DNA from: Candidatus Omnitrophota bacterium
GTDB lineage: Bacteria; Omnitrophota; Gorgyraeia; Zapsychrales; JANLHA01
Direction of reading: 5' to 3'
DNA length: 64,000 bases
Assembly (NCBI GenBank): GCA_029560465.1
Contig: JAKQKX010000073.1
Location: 79,411 to 143,410, forward strand
Shown here: piece by piece, positions 20,301-30,300 of the stretch
Layout of the letters: each line of letters begins with the position of its first letter
How positions within the stretch are numbered: position 1 is the stretch's first letter
Program-made: the position numbers and the translations under genes
The notes under the pieces: model-generated
The model's database searches: none
Seen by the model: only the letters and a program-made list of their open reading frames with translations
Told to the model about the DNA's origin: nothing

Positions 20301-21341
20301 ATTGCTTGTGCCAGCCCCACCATTTTGTCAGACGCCTTAAACTGTTCCTGCACGTGGTACGGGTTACCGACGGATCTTTTGGGAACCTGTGGACAGCTTT
20401 GCGGTATTGGGGCGACCCCGTTTTTTGATGCCATTGAAACAGCCCTTGATGATAATATAGGCTCGTGCGGAGAAACTGATCCTGGAGAATGGAAAGATTT
20501 GTTAGACCAGAGCGTTTTAGCCGCGGGGAATCAGGCGATGAAAATGTCAAAACGCTTGAATTTGTTGGAGGGACGAGAGGAAGAGGCGATTTCGATAAGG
20601 AATGTGTTGTATAATGCGCTTCTTCATATCGACGCCTTTCTCACGGGCCCGGCCCAGGGGCTTATTGATGCTTGTAAGGCATGGGGGAATATTTATCCTC
20701 CGGCCACCACCTCTTTCGCCATTTATGCCTGGCAGGATCTCCCCAAAGATGTTTATAACACGATTCGGGGGGATTGGCATGTTGTTAAAGTGGAAGTTCG
20801 AACTCCGGGGCGGTGTAACGCCGCGTGTGGAACGGATCGATGGCCGTATATTGACACATACACCAAAAGCTGGGGGATGAAACGCTGTTATGAATTAAAG
20901 GAATGGACAGGCAGGGTCAAAGCCCGGGTGATCCGTTATGACGAGGATACTGTCGGCAGCCGGATACTTTTCCCGGATGGAACTCTATTATGGAAACCAC
21001 AATACTATCATCCGGAAGGGTCAGATCAGGATCCTACGGATTTGGAGCTGACCTGCGCTATTATGATTGATCCCAATATCGCCGCCCAGACATGGGAATG
21101 GGGGTGGAGGAGCGCTTTTATGGTTAATCAGACGCCGACAGCCAGCGCCACGCCACCTAGGGGGTCGCCCGAGTATTTGGATTGCTGGAATTTTCTGCAT
21201 GAAAGTTTGTTAAGATATGGTTATTCAACGGCGACGTGCGCTCAATATTTTCTAGGAGGCGGATCGGGGTACAGTGGAGACCAGGGGTTTCGTGTCCGTT
21301 TTGTGGAGTGTGATAACGCCTTTATTAGTGGAAATAATTAG
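17295..21341 (+). CDS. TadG-like large Cys-rich membrane-anchored protein (putative pilus-associated adhesin/tip protein)
   Basis: 1348-aa ORF. After an in-frame Met at 17448, 'GQVGLILILAAAIGLILYAVTINIGRISQGKTLTIIAANTAASKMA' resembles the TadG N-terminal domain (TM helix followed by D/N.GR...LQ..ADAAALA). Two further very hydrophobic helices follow. The ~1100-aa extracellular region has many Cys clusters (CCPANPVGNMRFPAMCDPCCV, CCATGTC). The true start may be 17448 rather than 17295. Confidence 0.55.
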   Translation: MERKLLNSKFITPGVKLLHVFYKGVRRVRRWQHKKRNAFFFVPNNSGDSTRMPPRHVAGQVGLILILAAAIGLILYAVTINIGRISQGKTLTIIAANTAASKMASFIASYGQMLFMTSLGGETKICAWTGFLVKLIAAIIVVVIVVICAATEQCEGWGLAAAIVAAVLVVAAAVIDVTITQPGITSMWNKMMKDSMGPKEMAVELGVQTALMTAVNDPAQIPDLFDFDTDGSFGNLADPLNKTTAPDYISRFAYYYTRRLQGIPDLNLTIIDDFLSALTDFLFGGDPNRCTVWGCDTDDWGLIDPLDCLLTPGHPCCPANPVGNMRFPAMCDPCCVINDPDLRPACCATGTCVEDEGFAGGDPNTCDERSPYHTPLPPAAPNASLTYPYIFRGINENSTNNKNSSGAWVPANISFREWLGFDDEHHQYAVNPARPNWHYLIDGTGANLDHSQLIRSAPLEYDFYMEDATGYYLNDERPGIFPFFYKLADWGMDLQALTYGALTPDPPDPHPVRDNLECHLCDVDGIAAGTVPAVCAGMTYPSEIGVALELPETPDTALYSGGWCVDAANTGADGDPPQLLDVVPNIVDLLADDAVCAQDVGGWKRGADQFCDPPDQWPYMAECIKAGGPSGGGGPPCVEVDPVSGTSWPVDCACGTGGALPPTPPVDRTLAANNFQYVTTNWPDDKLDDFIYGLPEFYEWATTLFGKDKDTLEDTFDDWYEEAATWIEAPCPSGNAADCAGSCTGDVDGGYWYVWRDDLGSFYTPIVNWLNPPDADLYVGSGCFTNSSADPAVWCVPPPQAAANKYADPTYLGFQSGYNGLECPGVSQEEQASFDISADGRGDIEDVIACFNWNLFDPAEDPSGAPIIHPVTGAQAVGNFEKFEACKWDCDNNPVNSINSCPILPRSLVPGFDALIFTVPMPEADLIALTLCLGTESIPTCNDDCSSLPGGYGIPAFVPTSDNAALPAPDTSLLTNLRALYAFCEANPASSLPNQCRDQGTTIACASPTILSDALNCSCTWYGLPTDLLGTCGQLCGIGATPFFDAIETALDDNIGSCGETDPGEWKDLLDQSVLAAGNQAMKMSKRLNLLEGREEEAISIRNVLYNALLHIDAFLTGPAQGLIDACKAWGNIYPPATTSFAIYAWQDLPKDVYNTIRGDWHVVKVEVRTPGRCNAACGTDRWPYIDTYTKSWGMKRCYELKEWTGRVKARVIRYDEDTVGSRILFPDGTLLWKPQYYHPEGSDQDPTDLELTCAIMIDPNIAAQTWEWGWRSAFMVNQTPTASATPPRGSPEYLDCWNFLHESLLRYGYSTATCAQYFLGGGSGYSGDQGFRVRFVECDNAFISGNN

Positions 21342-21362
21342 AAAAGTATTTAAGGACGAAAT

Positions 21363-21806
21363 ATGTTTCGGCAAAGGAGAAGTGCTCAATCTATATTGGA
21401 GTATATGACCTTGATTGTTTTTTTATTATCAAGCTTGTTTGTCTTTCAAGGTTATATTTTAAGGGGTTATTATGGAAGCTGGAAAAAGGCGGGGGATGCT
21501 TTTGGCTCAGGGCGTCAGTATGACCCCAGGCCTTTTGGGAATTATGGAGATGGCGGCGGGACTTTAGAATGTTTTTTTGATGCCACCCACTGTACGTCAG
21601 GGACCGGCCCGGCCCGGCCGTGTACGTTAATTAACAGATGGATTTCAAAGGCCTGTTATGATGCGACACCCTGTGATTGCACGATGCCAATCGGAACGAC
21701 GGGGTATATCACACAGTGTTTGCAGTGTTTAGAAAATTGTAGCGAGTCTGTAGCTGCGGGAGCGCTTTGTGGGGACGTGACGACATCGAGGGTTTTAATT
21801 GATTAA
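21363..21806 (+). CDS. Flp-like pilin with Cys-rich C-terminal domain (pilin 8)
   Basis: 'RRSAQSILEYMTLIVFLLSSLFV' Flp-type N-terminus. The 100-aa tail has 12 Cys (CTSGTGPARPCTLINRWISKACYDATPCDCTM...CLQCLENC). Confidence 0.55.
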   Translation: MFRQRRSAQSILEYMTLIVFLLSSLFVFQGYILRGYYGSWKKAGDAFGSGRQYDPRPFGNYGDGGGTLECFFDATHCTSGTGPARPCTLINRWISKACYDATPCDCTMPIGTTGYITQCLQCLENCSESVAAGALCGDVTTSRVLID

Positions 21807-21841
21807 TGATTAGGGGTTTATAAGGAGGCATAGGTTAAGCG

Positions 21842-22696
21842 ATGTATGTTTCTCTATTTTGTATATTTATATCTGCGACAATGTTTGGGTATTTTGTCAT
21901 TCCGTTAATTTATAATAAATCCGTAGAAGTTGGCCAAAAACGGGCGCATAAACTTTCTTCAAAACTGGACAGGGTTTTGCCCCGCTCCAAGGTTGAAAAG
22001 ATAACCCGCTTTTATATCATTGCTCCGATTGTTTTTGGAGGGGCTTGCTATATGTTTTTCCCGGAAGACCTGCGGCTTTTCGGTATAGGAATCGGACTGG
22101 TTTTCGGTTTAATTTTTCCAGGAGTTTATAACAACCTCCTTATAGGGCAAAACAGGAGGAAATTTGATGACCAGTTAATAGATGCGCTTATGATTATGTC
22201 AAGCTCCTTCCGAGGGGGGTTGAGTTTGGTTCAGGCCATGGAAGCCGTTGTGGAAGAGATGCCGGATCCGATAAACCAGGAATTTTCGATTGTTTTGGGG
22301 GAGAACAATATGGGGGTTTCTCTGGATGAAGCCCTTAATCATCTTTATAATAGGCAGCCTTCTCCGGCCGTGCAGCAAATGACAACGGCTATTTTGCTGG
22401 CAAGAGAAACAGGGGGGAATTTGCCCAGTATTTTTCAGCGGATTGTGAATGTTATTCGTGAACAAAAAAGAATAAAATCTCAGATAGACACTTTGACAGT
22501 TCAAGGAAAAATTCAAGGTGTTGTTATGTCGGCCTTGCCTATTATGTTTTTTACGATTATTTACGGAACGAATCCGACTTTCTTTGATCATATGTTTAAG
22601 TCCACGGTAGGGAGGGGCATGCTTGTTTATGCGGTTTTTTCGGAAATTTTAGGCGCCATTATGATTTGGAAGATTAGTAGTTTTAAAGATTTTTAA
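21842..22696 (+). CDS. tadB: TadB-like inner-membrane platform protein (T2SS-F domain)
   Basis: T2SSF-domain pattern 'LIDALMIMSSSFRGGLSLVQAMEAV...EFSIVLGENNMGVSLDEAL...TAILLARETGGNLPSIF'. Flanked by TM helices. Confidence 0.7.
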   Translation: MYVSLFCIFISATMFGYFVIPLIYNKSVEVGQKRAHKLSSKLDRVLPRSKVEKITRFYIIAPIVFGGACYMFFPEDLRLFGIGIGLVFGLIFPGVYNNLLIGQNRRKFDDQLIDALMIMSSSFRGGLSLVQAMEAVVEEMPDPINQEFSIVLGENNMGVSLDEALNHLYNRQPSPAVQQMTTAILLARETGGNLPSIFQRIVNVIREQKRIKSQIDTLTVQGKIQGVVMSALPIMFFTIIYGTNPTFFDHMFKSTVGRGMLVYAVFSEILGAIMIWKISSFKDF

Positions 22697-22734
22697 TAAA
22701 TCAAACAAAGCCTAACCTAAGGAAGAGGTATATC

Positions 22735-23625
22735 ATGTTAATGCTGACATTTGTTTTGACGATGTGTTTTTTGGCGGGATTTAGTTTTGTTGTTGGGCTT
22801 TTTCCGATGGAAATGGAGAGCCGGCCTACGTTAAAAGCTTTTGGATATGAGGTGGCCCCGGCAAAGAAGAAAAAGAATGCGACGTCCATGTTGCGTGCTT
22901 TAGCCATGTTTAATAAACCATTGTGTTCAGGGGGCCTTCGGAAGAGAATTTCAAAAGATTTATCTGTGGGGCATGTTAACTTGACGCCGGAAGAATTTTT
23001 CTTAATGAAGGAAATCGGTATTATTTTGGTGCTTTTGTTGACTTTTCAGATGATTCAGCCAGACATGATTCTTTTTTGGCTTTTTATGAGTCTTTCTATT
23101 GGTTATATGATGCCGGAATTTTGGCTTAAGGGAAAAATTAAAAAAGTCAAAGCTGTTATTGTGAAGGAATTGCCGAATGCCATTGATTTGCTTGGCCTTT
23201 GTGTGAATGCTGGGTTGGACTTTATGTTGGCTTTGAAGTGGGTTGTTGAGAAATCAACACCATCGGTCATGATTAACGAGCTTAATATCCTTTTGCAGGA
23301 AATCAACGTTGGAAAGACCCGCCGTGACGCATTAAAAGATTTGGCGGTAAAATTTGACCTTCCGGAAGTTTCTTCCTTTTCAAGGACGCTTCTCCAGGCA
23401 GATAAAATGGGGACCTCTGTTTCCGAAGCCCTGAATCTTTTGTCTGAAGACATGCGCCTTGCCCGATTCCGCAGAGGGGAACAAATGGCCATGAAAGCGC
23501 CTATGAAGCTGTTGGTGCCCCTGTTGTTCTTTATTTTCCCTGTTGTCGGAATTCTTGTCGCCGGCCCAATATTTCTGCAGTTTATTGAGGAGAATCCGTT
23601 GTCAGAATTGGGTGGGAAAAAATAA
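22735..23625 (+). CDS. tadC: TadC-like inner-membrane platform protein (T2SS-F domain)
   Basis: 'LPNAIDLLGLCVNAGLDFMLALKWVVEK...ELNILLQEINVGKTRRDALKDLAVKFDLPEVSSFSRTLLQADKMGTSVSEAL' T2SSF pattern. RBS AGGAAGAGG. N- and C-terminal TM helices. Confidence 0.7.
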   Translation: MLMLTFVLTMCFLAGFSFVVGLFPMEMESRPTLKAFGYEVAPAKKKKNATSMLRALAMFNKPLCSGGLRKRISKDLSVGHVNLTPEEFFLMKEIGIILVLLLTFQMIQPDMILFWLFMSLSIGYMMPEFWLKGKIKKVKAVIVKELPNAIDLLGLCVNAGLDFMLALKWVVEKSTPSVMINELNILLQEINVGKTRRDALKDLAVKFDLPEVSSFSRTLLQADKMGTSVSEALNLLSEDMRLARFRRGEQMAMKAPMKLLVPLLFFIFPVVGILVAGPIFLQFIEENPLSELGGKK

Positions 23626-23971
23626 CCCCTGTTTGGAAAATGAGAAGCAATCCCGTTTTTGATCAATTATCAAAAAGTGTCTTATAAAAACGGTGTTTTT
23701 GTGAAATTTCTAGAAAACCTTGAGTTGTCCATTCTGATTTGTCCATTCTGAGAAAATTGTGTTTTTAATAATTAAATAAATATAAAAATTAAGCAATATT
23801 CTAAAATTATTTTTCAAGCGAATAGAAATTTTTAAGATGTTTTTAAACCATTAAGTTTTTTTTGGAAGCGTTTTCTTGTTTTTTCTCCTGATTCTCAAAA
23901 GACAATTTCAAAAAATATTTCTTTTGGGCTGTAACTATCTGAAAATAAACAACATTTTCTTTAAAAAAAAA

Positions 23972-24000
23972 TTGCATATTCATTGTTGCCCCTCTATAAT
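23972..24000 (+). promoter_or_regulatory. sigma70-type promoter: TTGCAT -17 bp- TATAAT
   Basis: -35 TTGCAT at 23972-23977, exact 17-bp spacer, perfect -10 TATAAT at 23995-24000, preceded by an A8 tract (UP-like). It is 327 nt upstream of the giant ORF start. Confidence 0.5.
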
Positions 24001-24009
24001 AATGCTATA

Positions 24010-24162
24010 CTTATAGGGCAAGTGGTAAAGGGTTGCCTTATAAGAATATCCTGAAAGAGGGCCAACAAAATAATGAGATGCACATCATTTATTAAGCTCT
24101 TCAGAGTATTTGAGTAAACTACTGGGCTACCAAGAGACCACTTGGTAGCTTTTTGTTTTTAA
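24010..24162 (+). ncRNA. structured leader / candidate small RNA: 5' 12-bp hairpin plus 3' terminator-like hairpin with T-tract
   Basis: Hairpin 1 is CTTATAGGGCAA-(11 nt)-TTGCCTTATAAG at 24010-24044 (one G-U). Hairpin 2 is GCTACCAAG-agacca-CTTGGTAGC immediately followed by TTTTTGTTTTT (~24127-24162). Both lie between the predicted promoter and the giant gene ATG. Confidence 0.4.
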
Positions 24163-24326
24163 AAAATGGCAAAAATTATAAAAATTATAGGAGGAGCAGA
24201 AAAAAAACTAAATAGTTTTTTGTTGAATTCTTTCAGCTTGTTTCAAAAAATTCCTTCCACTTGTATTCGAGGGCACCAGTTAGCCCATTGTTTCGTTAAT
24301 AATCTGGTTAATTTCTAGAAAAATAT

Positions 24327-27300
24327 ATGAATTTTAGATTGGACAAAAAACTAGGTGCCGAAACTGTCTCTAAAGGTATATTAGAGAATAGGTTAATTTC
24401 TGCGTCTGAAAGTATTGTCCAAAATGAATTAAAAGAAGAGTCTTTTAAAAGTAGATTTAAGTCTTGGATTCGGCTTGTTGCCCTTGTTGTTGTTTTAATT
24501 TTCCTTCCAGAGCAGGTTAGCTGGGCTTTCAACTACAATCCCGCTGTTCTTTGGGGACACTCGTCTTCGTCTGTTCAGGTGATTGACTTGGATTCTCCCA
24601 ATCCCCAGGTTTCTCAAGAAGAAATGATGGCGATACAGCTTTCCTCCGGTGTCGCCAATCTTTTGGAACAAATTGAGAACAAAGAAAATGCACAAATTAA
24701 ACTCGGGCTGTCTTCAGATATAAATAATTCTCTTTCTAGTGAGAAAAGCGTTTTAATTTCTGCGAAGAGGAAAATCACTCCGGATTATGTCCAATCTGTT
24801 AAATCTTGGATTCGTAATCCTAATATTCACCCATTTAATTGTGGTGTTTATGCTTTAAAAGATTTGTTAGATGGCAACAAAATTTCAACGTCTTTGGCTG
24901 AAATTGCTGTGGCAACTCTTTCCGTCGATCTTTTAAATAATATTATTGAGCCTGGAGAAAAATTCTTAAAAACTTCTCTTTTTGCGATTGAAGAAGTTGC
25001 CCGCGGATATGGTCTTAATGTTCAGGCCGTCAAGGTTGACACGCAAGACATCCTTTATCTGAAAACTCCGTTTATTGCCAATTTTGGTTCGGAACACTTT
25101 GTGACTGTTCGGTCCGTTGATGCTCAGAATGTGTACTTCTCTGATATTGGCAAGCAACAGTCTATGCCACGAGATCAATTTAAAGAGAAGATCAGCGGTT
25201 TTGTTCTTGCTGTCAATTTGGATCGCCAAGAAGATATGGAATACGAACCCATTTCAGACGCCATGAAGGTGTTTGTTTGGGGTAATAAATGGATAGACAG
25301 ATCAGATGATTTGCCCGGGTTGTTGTCTGGGGCGGATGTTTTTGCTGCTGTAATTTCCATGGTGGTTCAGATTGTCATCGCTTATATTATGGGTGGCCCG
25401 CTTGGAGTTATTATTTCTTTAGCTTCTTCAACTTTTGGTTCTGCCGTAGGGGAAGCGTATTATGTTAACTGTGTGAATGATGGCGGAGATGATTGTGAAA
25501 GCAATGCGTTTATTTTAAGCACAGCTATTACAATTGCTGTTTCAGTAGGTTTGAATTATATGGCCGGGATAGGATCTGAGGCCGGAAATGCAGCGGGCGA
25601 GGCTGCCGCCAGTGGTGGGGAAACCGCATTGGAGTCTACTGCCAGTACCGGCGCAACCAGCTCCCTTAGCACAGCTTTACAAAATGCGGCAGTTGGTGCG
25701 GCAGTTGGTGCGGCTCTCGGGTGGGCCGTTGCGAAGATGACGGGAAAAGATGCTACCAAGGCGGCGCTTATTGGTGGGTTAATTGGAGCTGCAGGAGGAT
25801 TAATTGCTGGTTATGGTGGGTTTGGTGAGGGGATTCAAAGCGCTTGGCAGAGTTTGATAACAAAACTTCAGAATATATGGTCTAGTATTAAAGGGTTTTT
25901 TAATAAGGTTTTTGGCGGCGGCGCTGCATCTACGGCAACGAGCACTACTTCCACAACGAGCATGACAGTGACTCAGCGGTTGTGGGATATTGCGAAGGCC
26001 TTTGCCAAAGGCTTTACGGTCGGGATGATTAAGGCTTATGTTCAAGTTAAAATTGCCGAATTTTTAGAAGAGCATTTGGATATTGATAGTGAAATTTTGA
26101 AATCGGTTTTAGTTGGGTTGATTTCTTCTTTGGCTGCGGATTTGGCGGTGGGTGTTGTTGCCATGGGATTGGACGCGGCCGCAGATGCGTTGTTTGACAA
26201 GCCTGCCAGTGGTGATACCGAGGATTTGGGCTGGCGTGAAATGTTGGGCATGAAAGATGACTCGGAAGCGTCAAAGAAACAATATGCCAATCAGCAGGTT
26301 GAAAAAGCGCAAATTAAGGCAAAGGCTGAAGGGAAGGGGCCGCTTACTGGTGATCAAATTGCGCAAGTTAAAGCGGACGCAATGAGTAGCTATAGTTCTT
26401 TTAAGTTAAATCTAGCAGACATGGGAATGATGGCCCTTCAGCGGTTAGCAGGGGGGATGGGGAGTTTTATATTAAGATATATATTTAAAGATAAATTCGA
26501 CCCAAGCTCCATGATGTCTCAAATTCTTGGCAATTTTGGGTCTTTAATCGGGATGACGCTGTTTAATGTGATCGCTTACGGAGACACTTGGGGAACAACA
26601 TATGATATTAAGAAAGAAAAAGACGAAAATGGAAATGATGTATATACTTATGAAAATGTTGGAACGAAAGAGAACATAAAATCTACTACAACTACAACCG
26701 AAGAGGGGAAAACGGTAACGAGTCATTATTCCGGAACGCATAATGTCACCATGCTTGATACGGATGGTAATCTAGATAACGGTTATGAAAAAGCGTTTGT
26801 TCAGGGATCTTTTTTGGGAACGATTTGGCGGGGTGCGGTTCAAACATTGGTATCGATGTTGTTGGCCCTTGCCCTTTTTGGTAAAGAAGATTTTTCAGAA
26901 GCTGAAGGGGCGGATGGGAAGACGCGAGACAAGGATGAGCGAGCCAAGCAATTTTGGACGTGTAGTTTAATTTTCTTAGGGTCTGTTCTTACGCAGGGTA
27001 TATTCGCATCAATAGCCGGAATGTTTAAAACGTCTGATTTGGCTGCTATAGGAACAAAAGATTATGAAAACCAACAAAAAGCAGGCGGAAAAACAGACGG
27101 GGAAGACAAGCAAAGCATAGGTTCTATTTTCTTGAATGTAACAGGAAATGCTTTTCAAGAGTTTGCTTCTAATTTAGTGGGCGATTGGGTTGGAACAGCC
27201 CCCACTGGCGGAAAGTTTGCTAACTTGTCTTCCTTTGGCACCTATGTTGAATCTATGCAAAAAATGGGCGGCATTACTTTAGATACTGTGTTGAAGGCCC

Positions 27301-30300
27301 AGGAAAAAAGAGAAGAGCTTGAAGAGAAAAGAGAAGAAGCAAAAGAGCAAATGGGTGGATATAATGCTCCGGAGGAGTGGTATGCCTGGGGTTGGGATGA
27401 CAGTATGGCAATTCCAGATGACCTGAAAGACGATGCAGAGAAAACAGATGAAGACATGGCCCAGGAAGCGGGGTTGCAGTTTTTGATTATGGCGGAAGAT
27501 AACCGGGTCGGTTTCTGGGTAGACAATTTTTCCCAGGTGGCGGCGATGTCTGCCATTACTAATTTTAAAAATAGTTTTGAATATGTAGCGTCCGCAATTT
27601 CACACGATTCCGGATACATAAAATTTTACCGGGATTTTCTTGGTTTTACCTTCCGTCCCATTGCCAAAGACGGGTCTTTTCTTGGGAAGAATTACATTCA
27701 ACTAAAAAGAAAAACAATCGGAGAGGATTTTGATCCCGAAAAAGAGGCGACAGAGTTGGTTGCCAAAATAGAAGAAGCAAAGGAAAAAGGCGACATAGAA
27801 GCGGACGGTACCCTGCTTACTATCGAGATGGAAGCCGACGTGGACTCGGCAGAAGATGTGGATGCTTTGGTTAGTTTTATGACGCTGGTAGAGGAAAAGC
27901 TGTCTGGAACAGCGGAAGAATCAAAGGGTGAAAAGGGTGATGTGCTTATTAAGGCGAAAGTGTTTTCCTCTAAAACTCAGGAAGAGGGGGGCACCGAAAG
28001 TCTTATTGCTGGTTACGGATCAGGGGATATAAAGCTAGTAGCCGGTTACGGAGCGGGAAGTCAACAGACAAGTGATTTTATGGTTGTGCCAAGACAACAT
28101 ATTCTTATTGGGGCAAATAGTGCGGACTCCGCAAACTATATTTCTTACAATTTAGTCGGAGCGGGAAATAAGGGAAGAGGCTGGGTTCAGACGGATACAG
28201 CCACAGGGGATGTTTATGAGGGGTTCCTTTCGTATAATCCATATACAGGACAATATTCTTATGATGGCCGGGCGTTCACGGTTGAAGAAGCGAATAAATT
28301 AGGCTTGGATCCTTCTATAATGAAGATTATCGCTAAGAAAGAAGAAGGAGATAAATCAGGAGGGGCGGAAGTAGATCTTTTTGGTGAAGGTTTTACGAAG
28401 TCGAAAGAATTGTCTATTATGGAAACAAGCCCCTCGGAATCGGAAAACTTTGGTGGAGAAGCGCAAACCGGTTACAATCGCTTGGTCGCGCTTGGTTTTG
28501 AGGATTTGGGGTTTGCCATTTATGATAAAGATGCGGGAACAGACGGGCAGGTTGATGGTGGGGGGAGTGTTTATCGTAGAGTTTTACAAGGCGGAGTTGA
28601 AGGGTGGCGGGCTAGGGCAGACGCAAGGGCGGAATATGCTGACCAGATGCGTGAGGCCAAAATTAAGCGTATTATTAACTGGCTGGTTCCGTTTGTGGAT
28701 ATTTGGGGAGAAGGCGAAATTCCGAATCCGGAAAAGGTTGTTTCTCCCGACAAGATGATTGAGGAAACGGTGAGTGCTATGCCGCTGACACAAAAGCAGC
28801 GGCAAGGTCAGGCAGAGGCAAAATTTAAAGCTGCCCAGTCGACGCCGATTCGTGTTAAGAATGCTATGTTAGAGAAGATAAAAGAGTTGGATGCGCAAAA
28901 AGACGCTGATCAGATAACGGAAGAAGCTTATACGACAGAGGTCGCTAAGTTGAACGCTTCCATTGCTAAGATAGATGAGCTTTTAAATGTTGACCCGGAG
29001 CAGGGTGTTTATGACACCTTGGCCACTGTTCCTGTTTATGCTGGTTCTTCTAAGCACAGATATATGCAGCTTTTTGAAGCCGGCGTATTTCTGGGAAATG
29101 CAGAAACAAATAAGTTAATAGGAGAATCGACAACTTCGTATGCAAAATATGAAAACGGAATAATCCAAGGTGGCGTTGTTGGTTGGGTTTTGGGAGATGG
29201 AATTGTTAAAAATCAGGGTGAAGTTACTTCTTTAGTAGGGAAAGCAGAAAATGTCCGCGCTGTTATGAAACAACTGGGTTTGGATAACTTTATTAATATG
29301 TCTGAAGAAGAGAAAAAGCAGGTTACGGATAAATTAATTGCGGCGTTGACGGAACAAGGTCAGGACGGGCTTTTGGCGAGCGTGAAGATTGGCTTTGAAG
29401 GCGGGGCCTTGGTTGCTGATAGTCAATTTGAAGGCGAAGGTGAGACCGACCCGGGAACCAAGCTTAGAAAGAGGATGTCAGCTGCGGATGTTGAACTTTT
29501 GAAGGCGCTTATTGCCACTGCCGCCTTAACGAGCGGATTGTCGGAAGAAGAGAGAATCAAGGCGGTAGAAGAGCTTTCTGTTGCCTTAAATGACGTGCAA
29601 AATATGGGTGATGTGGAAGCCCGGCTTATGGATATGACGACCCAGGATAATCCGATTAAAGATTTTCTGATTAACGCCTTGGAAAACACCTATGCTGGAA
29701 GTCCTACCAAGAATGTTACGATTAATGCTATGAATAAGTCTATGACAGAAGATGGGTGGGATCAGTATACCGCCAAAATGGAGGCGGGAACTAAACTAAA
29801 AGCCAGGGCAGAGGCGATTATTTCCGTTATTGAAGAGGTGGGTTTGGGGGATGTGCTTGGTCTTTCCGAAGAAGAAAAGAAAACCAAGGGCGCGGAACTT
29901 ATTGCCGCTTTACAGCAGGCGGGATTATTAGATAAAGATCAAAAAGTTCCAGACCTGTTTGATGCAGCCACATTGCAATCCATGAAGCTTGCGCTTGGAA
30001 CAATGTTGTCTGGCGGGGTTGCCGATGCAATTGTGGCAGATATGTTAAATCATCAGATATTGAATACCCTTATTAATGTGTTTACCAGCGGCCTTTCTGA
30101 AGAAGATAAAAAGAAGGCCGCTGTTTCTTTGCAGGGTGTGGAAACGATATCTGCTCTTAAAGATGCGGTCGTGAATTTTGCCACGAAAGAACCCCTGGCA
30201 GATGTCATCCGCGCTAGTGAAATTGATGATCTTGTCTTCAGTTACCATGGGGCGCTTGATGATGCCGGGAACGTAAGGTCAGATTTTGCTTTTAATTTGG

